A stretch of 64,000 nt of DNA from an archaeon (GTDB taxonomy: Archaea > Iainarchaeota > Iainarchaeia > Iainarchaeales > Iainarchaeaceae): NCBI GenBank assembly GCA_035655435.1, contig DASRUN010000023.1, positions 29,437 to 93,436 of the forward strand, read 5' to 3'. A program made the position numbers and the translations under genes. Below the pieces are notes generated by a model. The model was not told the DNA's origin. It worked only from the letters and a program-made list of their open reading frames with translations, and made no database searches. How positions within the stretch are numbered: the first letter of the stretch is position 1; every line of letters starts with the position of its first letter. Of this stretch, positions 57,395 to 64,000 are shown in pieces.

Positions 57395-58173
57395 GTTTTA
57401 CGGAACTTTGGGATCTTAGAACTGATAAGTTGATCGCGGAATTAAAACAAGGAAAAAGACTTGACGCGAGAAAAGTTGATGAAATAAGAAAACCGATAAT
57501 AACAGAGGATGTCAGCGAAAACGCTGACGGACAAGCAAGAGTAAAGCTTGGTGAAACAGATGTAATTGCCGGAGTAAAAATGATTGTAGGAGAACCATAT
57601 CCTGATTCCCCTAATCAGGGGAGTATTAGCGTTGGCGCGGAATTATTGCCGCTTGCCGATCCTGAATACGAAAGCGGTCCCCCGAGAGAGGAAGCAATCG
57701 AACTCTCAAGAGTTGTTGATAGGGGTATTAGAGAATCCGGGGCAATTAATTTTGAGGATCTCTCAATTGTTTCGGGAGAAAAATCTTGGATTGGTTTTGT
57801 GGATATTTATATCCTGAACAATGATGGGAATCTCTTTGATGCATGCGGAATTGCCGCTTTGAAAGCACTTTTGAATACAAAATTGCCAAAGCTTGAAGAC
57901 CACAAAATTGTGAAAGGAGAATATTCAGGAAAATTGAAGTTGAATGCAAAACCTATTCTCAATACTTTTGCAAAAATAGGAAACACTGTTGTTGCCGATC
58001 CTACTCTTTTGGAGGAAAAGGCAATGACATCAAGGTTTTCGGTTGCGGTTACGGAAAACGATGATATAACCGCTTTCCAGAAAGGATTGGGCGGTTCGTT
58101 TAAAATAGAGGAAATAAACGCTGCAATAGACCTGAGTTTCAAGAACAGCAAACAAATAAGAAAGTTATTGTAG
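57391..58173 (+). CDS. rrp42: Exosome component Rrp42
   Basis: PYPDSP, ELSRVVDRGIRES, DGNLFDA. Confidence 0.95.
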   Translation: MSFTELWDLRTDKLIAELKQGKRLDARKVDEIRKPIITEDVSENADGQARVKLGETDVIAGVKMIVGEPYPDSPNQGSISVGAELLPLADPEYESGPPREEAIELSRVVDRGIRESGAINFEDLSIVSGEKSWIGFVDIYILNNDGNLFDACGIAALKALLNTKLPKLEDHKIVKGEYSGKLKLNAKPILNTFAKIGNTVVADPTLLEEKAMTSRFSVAVTENDDITAFQKGLGGSFKIEEINAAIDLSFKNSKQIRKLL

Positions 58174-58184
58174 GAGTTTTTAGT

Positions 58185-58601
58185 ATGGGTGACACCAAAA
58201 AAGTCGGAAGTACAGGCCGTTTCGGCGCAAGATACGGGGTTGGCATTAGGAAAAAACTCTTGAAAGTAGAGCCATTGCAATTGCAAAAGCAAAAGTGTCC
58301 TAATTGCGGTTCTTTGGTCTTAAAAAGGCTCAGCAAGGGTATTTTCAAATGCAGGAAATGCGACTATAAATTTGTCGGCGGAGCTTATCTTCCAAAAACC
58401 CTTACGGGCGGGCTTATTTATCAAATGGTTTCCCAGAAGAAATTTGCTCCTGAATCAATAACTGCATTGGAAAAACATAAGGAAAAATCAGAACCTGTTA
58501 GTGAAGAAGTGAAGGATTCAAAGAAGGAATCAAAGGAATCCAAGAAAGAATCCAAACCAAAAAAAGTTGATAAAAAAACTAAAACTCAGGAGGGTGAGTA
58601 A
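58185..58601 (+). CDS. rpl37ae: 50S ribosomal protein L37Ae (eL43) with charged tail
   Basis: GRFGARYG, CPNC..CRKC, GGAY. Confidence 0.93.
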   Translation: MGDTKKVGSTGRFGARYGVGIRKKLLKVEPLQLQKQKCPNCGSLVLKRLSKGIFKCRKCDYKFVGGAYLPKTLTGGLIYQMVSQKKFAPESITALEKHKEKSEPVSEEVKDSKKESKESKKESKPKKVDKKTKTQEGE

Positions 58602-58603
58602 AA

Positions 58604-58735
58604 ATGTATCTTTGTTTAAAATGCCATAAGACAGTTGATTCGCTTCCAATGGGTGCTGTTAGATGCCCTAGTTGCGGTAACAAGATCTTTTCAAAAATGA
58701 GGGATCCGATTACAAAAACAATTAAGGCTTTATAA
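58604..58735 (+). CDS. rpoP: RNA polymerase subunit Rpo12/RpoP (43 aa; absent from the ORF track)
   Basis: MYLCLKC...VRCPSCGNKIFSKMR; canonical position after rpl37ae. Confidence 0.88.
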   Translation: MYLCLKCHKTVDSLPMGAVRCPSCGNKIFSKMRDPITKTIKAL

Positions 58736-58751
58736 TTTCCGGATTTTTTTT

Positions 58752-58988
58752 ATGCCTGAAGTAATAAAGGAATTTGTTTTTCCAAGCGAAGCAAAAGCAA
58801 TTGCTGTTGCAAGAGCAATTCTCCCTGAACTCAATAAATCTTATCAAAAGCGTTCAAAAACCTTAATAAAAACCAATAAAAATGTTGTTTTACTTAAGAT
58901 TGTTGCCGAGGATGAACATTCTCTTCGCGCTTCACTAACCTCTTTCAAGGGTTTGTTGGAGTTGGGAAAAAATGTTTCTGAAATTTGA
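58752..58988 (+). CDS. pcc1: KEOPS subunit Pcc1-like
   Basis: AILPE, AEDEHSLRASLTS; context. Confidence 0.75.
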   Translation: MPEVIKEFVFPSEAKAIAVARAILPELNKSYQKRSKTLIKTNKNVVLLKIVAEDEHSLRASLTSFKGLLELGKNVSEI

Positions 58989-59002
58989 GAGGTTGATTTG
59001 AA

Positions 59003-59356
59003 ATGGATGACATGAACAAGACAATTCAAGAGTTTGAAAGAAGCAGGATGCAATTGGCCGGAATAGAAAGTCAGGCTAGAAATCTTGAAATACAAAGCCA
59101 AGTCCTTGATGAAGCCATAAAAGAATTGGATAAATCAAAGCAGGATAAAGTTTACAAGGCTGTTGGAAATATTCTGATTCAAGCTGATGCAAAAGAAGTT
59201 GCAAAAGATCTTAAAGAGCAAAAAGAAACTCTTGATCTTAGAGCTAAGACAGTGAAAAAACAGGAGCAAACAATTACGGATAAGTTGAATAAACTTAAAA
59301 CCGAAATTGAGGCTTCTCAGAAAGAAAAAGGAAAAGGGGTTAAAGAGGCAAAGTAA
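59003..59356 (+). CDS. pfdB: Prefoldin beta subunit
   Basis: VYKAVGNILI hairpin between coiled coils. Confidence 0.9.
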   Translation: MDDMNKTIQEFERSRMQLAGIESQARNLEIQSQVLDEAIKELDKSKQDKVYKAVGNILIQADAKEVAKDLKEQKETLDLRAKTVKKQEQTITDKLNKLKTEIEASQKEKGKGVKEAK

Positions 59357-60358
59357 ATGCCCTTTGATCTTTCCCGGATTTATAATAAAAAAACCCTTCT
59401 TCTTACGCATACAGCGGCAGATGTTGATTCATTTGCAAGCGCTGCAGCAATCTACTTTTGTTTAAATAAAAAATCTACTTTAACTATTGGTGTTCCGGAT
59501 CACATGAATTTGAATGCAAAAGCCCTTGCAGAAAAACTGAATGTTCCCTATCAAATCAATCCTCCTTTCAAAGATTTTGATGCAATCGTTTGCCTGGATT
59601 TCAATAAGAGTTCTATGATTGGTTCGAAGCAAAATGATTTCCTTGCTTTTGAAGGAGAAAAATTTTTGATTGATCATCATGTTGAGGATGAAGAAAAAAT
59701 TGTTTCAAAGAACAATTCTTTTACCTCGACAAAAGCTGTTTCCGCAACCGAACTTGTTTATGAATTGTTGAAAAAATCAAAGCAAAAAATTCCAAAAGAA
59801 AGTTATGCCTGCATCGGCGCCGGAATAATCACAGATTCATCCTCTTTTCTTATTGCCGATCACAAAACCTTTGGAATAATGAGCGAGGTTATGGAAAAAG
59901 ATAATATTCCTTACAGTTATCTTATTGATTTGATTAAGGTTCGGAAGGATTTTTCTGAAAAAATTGCTTCTCTAAAAGCTGCGAAGCGCGCGAGGATTTT
60001 CAAATTCAATGATGTTATTATTGCAATTTCCGATGTTGGTTCTTTTGAAGCGGAGAGTGCTTCCGCTCTTATTAGATTGGGTGCCGATGTTGCTTTTTGC
60101 GGTTTTTCTGAAAAAAATCTTATTAGAATTAGTGCGCGCGTTAACAATGCTTGGAGGCAGAAAACAAAATTTGATTTGGCAAAGGATGTTTTGAATAATT
60201 TGGGAAAACATTTTCCCGGGAAAGGCGGCGGTCATGCCGGGGCTGCAGGTTTTAATGGTTCGGGGGATGATGTTTCAAAGCATTTGGAAAAGTGTGTTGA
60301 ATTAACAAAGGATTTTTTGGCTAAAAAAGAAAAAGGAAATTTGAAGGAATATACTTAA
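59357..60358 (+). CDS. DHH/DHHA1 phosphoesterase
   Basis: HTAADVD, IDHH, GIITDS, GGGHAGAAG. Confidence 0.9.
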   Translation: MPFDLSRIYNKKTLLLTHTAADVDSFASAAAIYFCLNKKSTLTIGVPDHMNLNAKALAEKLNVPYQINPPFKDFDAIVCLDFNKSSMIGSKQNDFLAFEGEKFLIDHHVEDEEKIVSKNNSFTSTKAVSATELVYELLKKSKQKIPKESYACIGAGIITDSSSFLIADHKTFGIMSEVMEKDNIPYSYLIDLIKVRKDFSEKIASLKAAKRARIFKFNDVIIAISDVGSFEAESASALIRLGADVAFCGFSEKNLIRISARVNNAWRQKTKFDLAKDVLNNLGKHFPGKGGGHAGAAGFNGSGDDVSKHLEKCVELTKDFLAKKEKGNLKEYT

Positions 60359-60359
60359 T

Positions 60360-60539
60360 TCAGCGCCAGGATTTTTTCTTAACTTCTAATTTCTTTATTT
60401 GTTCAAGTTCCTGTTTCGTAAACGGTTTGGCGTATTTTCTGTACTTTGTTTTTGCCCAGTGTTCCGGCTGTTTTTTTCTGAGCTTTTGCTCCTGCTCAAG
60501 GAGCTGCCTTGTAAGTTCCTCAGTCGCTGTTCCCAGCAT
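60360..60539 (-). CDS. Small basic hypothetical protein (59 aa)
   Basis: SD-like GGTGG; MLGTATEELTRQLLEQEQKLRKKQPEHWAK... Confidence 0.4.
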   Translation of the reverse strand: MLGTATEELTRQLLEQEQKLRKKQPEHWAKTKYRKYAKPFTKQELEQIKKLEVKKKSWR

Positions 60540-60668
60540 TATTTAATCCCACCAAACAATATTGCGCTTTTGAAATATTTAAAGAAAGCGGTTGTTTGAG
60601 CCTTGTAGGTTAATTCGACAAACCATAAAAAGAGTTAATAACATCAGGTTTTATTGGTAGTGAATCTT

Positions 60669-61226
60669 ATGTCTCAAGAATATACTGGGCCAACAAATTA
60701 CTATCAAATACGAATTGATGAGGCTCCAAACGGACTTGATAGCTTTGAAGACTATGTTGCCTACTATAAACAAAACTATTCTGTATTGCTTAAAAACAAA
60801 GTTTTACCATTTTTAGACAAATTAACTCAAAAAGGATTGATTGAAAAATATCACTTTTTATCACATCCAAAATCTTACGATCAAAATGCAAAGCTAATAG
60901 AAAAACGGCCAATCTTTGATTTAAGAATTAGACTTATGGATCTTAACAATCTTGAAGAAGTGAAAACAATTCTTTCACTAAGTACATTGCACGTGTTTGA
61001 CATGGATAAATGGGGAAATAAAAACGATACTAAAGTTAGGTTAACTATTCTCCATAATGTCGCAGAGATTGTTAGGTCGCTTATAGAAAATGAACAATTG
61101 GATTTGCAAAATTCTGAGGATTATGAAATTGCAATACATTGGCTTTGCAATGTAGGTGTTGTTGATACTGTAAGTGAATTAGAGATTTATAAAAAAAGAT
61201 TAGGCCATATGGGAGTTAGACTTTAA
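60669..61226 (+). CDS. Hypothetical protein resembling the lantibiotic dehydratase C-terminal (elimination) domain
   Basis: YHFLSH..P.FDLRIR and IHWLCN....E..IY patterns. Confidence 0.4.
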   Translation: MSQEYTGPTNYYQIRIDEAPNGLDSFEDYVAYYKQNYSVLLKNKVLPFLDKLTQKGLIEKYHFLSHPKSYDQNAKLIEKRPIFDLRIRLMDLNNLEEVKTILSLSTLHVFDMDKWGNKNDTKVRLTILHNVAEIVRSLIENEQLDLQNSEDYEIAIHWLCNVGVVDTVSELEIYKKRLGHMGVRL

Positions 61227-61527
61227 ACAGGAATTAAACGTCAATAAGGGTCTTCTTTTTTGGATCGCCAATTCCGCCCTTTATGATATGATTAGGATTA
61301 CAATAAGAGCAAGTTCTAAAACAATGGCATAAGTAGTTTAGAAGCAATTCAACTATACGCTTAAATAAATAGCTATATTTTTAACTTTTTATTGGTCATT
61401 AACTATCTAATGCATATAAATTAATTTATTAACTATATTTTGAGATATAAAATTAAATTATGATACATATTTTAGGTTTTTTAACGTATTAGTTAACTTT
61501 TTATATCTAATTCATGTTAAATAGTAT

Positions 61528-62853
61528 ATGAAAAAGTTTACTATATTAAAATTTTTAACCGAGACATCAGACGGACTATATCCAAAAGATATCTCAAAAA
61601 AAGCCGAAACAACTAAATCTAATGTATACGGGTATCTTAGAGAACTTAGAAGAGATAATCTCATTATTACAAAATCTAATGGGCAAATAATACCTAATCA
61701 AAAAAACCAAAAAGTTTTGACGATATTAAATATCCAATCGATGGCACACGATAATTTTGATCAACTTATTTCCCCCAAATTTGGCATACTATTGAATAAA
61801 TTATCACAATCCTTAACTGTAAAGCATAACTCATTAAGTCAAATGGAAAATCTTAGAATCAAAAAAATAGGGATTCCAAGAAGAATTATACTTCAGATAT
61901 CTAAAAGGCCCGGAATTTATATTCTTAAGTTGAATGAAGCATTAACTAAAGAATTAATTAAATATTTTGATATTTATCCTTCTTTTTCAGAAATAGAATT
62001 TAATAAATTGCTAGAAAAAATACCTCCGAGAAAAGAAAGAACTACAATAAAAACAACTGAAAGTGATCCTGAAGTAAAAATAGCATGCGATAAATTTCAT
62101 ATTTCTGGCTATGATGATATTTTAAGTAAGATTAAGACATTTATTCTAGATGAACGCAGCACTATATTACTGGATAAAGTAAATTTAGCGAATAAAGAAT
62201 ATGTCCTTTTTCTAAACTCATTAGATTTGCCAACTAGAACTGAAATAATAAGTCGTTGGAAAAGTAGGTATATATACAATACTAATCAAATTGAAGGAAA
62301 CACTTTGACTGAAGAAGAAGTTGAAACTCTTCTAAAAACTGGATTGCAACCAGTCAATGCAACTGCTAGAGAAATCCACGAAACTAATAACATGCGACAT
62401 GCTCTAGAATATTTGGAATTAAAAAAAAATGAAGAAATTAATATTGAATTAATGAAAGAAATTCATTTTCAAATACAAAAAGACATTAAACCAGATGCTG
62501 GCAGATTTAAAACTAGTTACAATTGCGTTTCTAATAATCCTACAACTCCGCCTCAATTTGTAAAAGAAGGGCTTGAAAAATTAGTGCAGTGGTATAAAGA
62601 AAATAAAACTATGAACCCATTTGTTTTGGCATCTATTTTCCATATGCAGTTTGAAATAATTCATCCTTTTTCTGATGGGAATGGAAGAGTAGGTAGGCTT
62701 GTTTCTAATCACATAATGCAACAAAATGGTTTTTTGCCCGTTACAATTTTACAGAAAACAAAACAAGAATATTATAGAGCAATTCAAAATCAAAGTATTC
62801 AACACTTTCTTCTTTATAGTTTGAGTACATTTATAGAAGAATATAAACGTTAA
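61528..62853 (+). CDS. Fic family protein with N-terminal wHTH
   Basis: TNQIEGN, HPFSDGNGRVGR; N-terminal DISKKAETTKSNVYGYLRELRR. Confidence 0.92.
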   Translation: MKKFTILKFLTETSDGLYPKDISKKAETTKSNVYGYLRELRRDNLIITKSNGQIIPNQKNQKVLTILNIQSMAHDNFDQLISPKFGILLNKLSQSLTVKHNSLSQMENLRIKKIGIPRRIILQISKRPGIYILKLNEALTKELIKYFDIYPSFSEIEFNKLLEKIPPRKERTTIKTTESDPEVKIACDKFHISGYDDILSKIKTFILDERSTILLDKVNLANKEYVLFLNSLDLPTRTEIISRWKSRYIYNTNQIEGNTLTEEEVETLLKTGLQPVNATAREIHETNNMRHALEYLELKKNEEINIELMKEIHFQIQKDIKPDAGRFKTSYNCVSNNPTTPPQFVKEGLEKLVQWYKENKTMNPFVLASIFHMQFEIIHPFSDGNGRVGRLVSNHIMQQNGFLPVTILQKTKQEYYRAIQNQSIQHFLLYSLSTFIEEYKR

Positions 62854-62992
62854 TACTTGGTTTAGAGCAAATTCCCATTCTGATTCATAAAATCTACTTT
62901 CTAGTAAAAGCCTAGCTAAATAATACAAATTAATCTATAATGCCTCTTAAAAGTGCTTATTTATCTACGGGTCTGGTTGTTTAGTTCCATGG

Positions 62993-63310
62993 TTATATAT
63001 TCTTCAATCTCAAAAAGCAATTTTCGCAAATAAATTTTTCTTTGAAATCCATTCCCGCTTCTTGTTGTTCGTTGCAAAGAATGCATTCCCTTGCGTTTTC
63101 CAATGCTCTGTGTCTGTTGCTCCATTCGTGGAGTAATTCCCATTCAACCCAGTTTGGAAGAACAAGTTCTTTGAGAACGGTTTTGTCGTTCTGTTGTATT
63201 CTTTTCAATTGCACGGGAAGAATTGTGTTTGTAAGGTTTTCAAGGAATTTGATTCTGTCATTTTGACCGCGCTTAACAAACTCCAATCTTCTCTGTTCCC
63301 ATAAATCCAT
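62993..63310 (-). CDS. Hypothetical protein with C-terminal zinc ribbon
   Basis: CILC...ICENC. Confidence 0.65.
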   Translation of the reverse strand: MDLWEQRRLEFVKRGQNDRIKFLENLTNTILPVQLKRIQQNDKTVLKELVLPNWVEWELLHEWSNRHRALENARECILCNEQQEAGMDFKEKFICENCFLRLKNI

Positions 63311-63371
63311 CTAAAAGAAAAGGGTTTTTCCATATTTATTTGTTGTGATTTTTAAAAAAATCAGTTTTTTT

Positions 63372-63722
63372 TCAAATATACACTATTTTATTCCCGGTTC
63401 TGAATTTGAGCCTTTCCGCATATCGTATCAAGTAGTGTGCGGTGCTTTTTGAAATTCCGGTTATTTTTTCTATTTCGCGAAAGGTTCTATTGTCTTTGTG
63501 CAGTTCTACGATTTCGCGCATTTTGTTTAAATCCAAATCAAGCGGTCGGCCGCGTGCAGTTTCAATGGAAATTGTTGCGCCCGAACTTTGGATGAGTTTT
63601 TTTGCTTTTTTGCTCATTCTTTGTTCCGCGCTTTTTGGCATGAAAATTTGTTTAGCTCCGCTTTTCAAGGCTTTTTCAATTTCCTTTAATTTCGGTGCTC
63701 GTGCAAAATGTATCTTATCCAT
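63372..63722 (-). CDS. Small HTH-containing protein
   Basis: RGRP followed by TFREIEKITGISKSTAHY. Confidence 0.7.
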   Translation of the reverse strand: MDKIHFARAPKLKEIEKALKSGAKQIFMPKSAEQRMSKKAKKLIQSSGATISIETARGRPLDLDLNKMREIVELHKDNRTFREIEKITGISKSTAHYLIRYAERLKFRTGNKIVYI

Positions 63723-63886
63723 TCGGGGACACCTCCCCGATGAGAGGTATCCTATTTTCGGCTTTTAGCCTCAATAGGTTTTGCTCATGTTGTTCGCTTT
63801 GTTTAATCATAACCAACTCGTTTTTGGTACGCGTAACGTTTTTAAGTAATTGTTGGCGCGTTTTGTTTGTATACAGTGACGCTTTC

Positions 63887-64000
63887 ATGGCTTTTAAATT
63901 TAATTCTATTGAGGAGGCTGCAGATTCTTTGCGGAAAGGAGACTTAATCGTACTTGTAGATGATGAGCAGCGCGAGAATGAGGGCGATTTAGTTTTAGCC
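63887..64000 (+). CDS. ribB: 3,4-dihydroxy-2-butanone-4-phosphate synthase (RibB or RibBA), 3'-truncated
   Basis: IVLVDDEQRENEGDLVLA. Confidence 0.9.
   Translation, partial: MAFKFNSIEEAADSLRKGDLIVLVDDEQRENEGDLVLA

Noticed and set aside
60360..60539. Small basic ORF considered as a ribosomal protein such as L37e
   Set aside because: It lacks the zinc-finger cysteines and any recognisable r-protein motif.
61381..61500. Recurrent TTAACT words upstream of the Fic gene (possible operator)
   Set aside because: Irregular spacing in extremely AT-rich DNA; not distinguishable from chance by eye.
1..64000. CRISPR array, transposase, integrase or rRNA genes
   Set aside because: No regularly spaced repeats or diagnostic motifs were seen.

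Overview
This is an AT-rich archaeal chromosomal window. Gene content and style fit a DPANN archaeon, plausibly Iainarchaeota/Diapherotrites (inference). Most of it is housekeeping: truD, aRF1, pyrH, dph2, rpl10e, the top6A/top6B-dim2-rio1-aIF1A-aIF2beta cluster, mcm, metG, aIF5A, minD, lsm, pyk, ttuA and the exosome/proteasome superoperon. Standout features: (1) Three LAGLIDADG inteins, including one inserted directly after the catalytic GGQ of aRF1 and one in Topo VI A. (2) A candidate selfish module at 44.9-46.8 kb: a ~160-nt rod-like hairpin sequestering a perfect SD and start codon, a 36-aa leader peptide coupled (TAATG) to a tandem PD-(D/E)XK-like nuclease ORF, which reads through the 5' exon of tRNA-Ala(GGC) and stops inside its non-canonical BHB intron. 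(3) A metG split by a +1 frameshift at a Ty1-like CTT-CGG-C inside the HIGH motif, and fused to a B3/4 domain. (4) tRNA-Cys with a 76-nt intron, flanked by repeats, beside a TSP1-like surface protein. (5) About a dozen basic orphan genes dropped singly between conserved genes. (6) Two unassigned GC-rich structured RNA candidates. All calls rest on visual motif recognition; no database searches were run.
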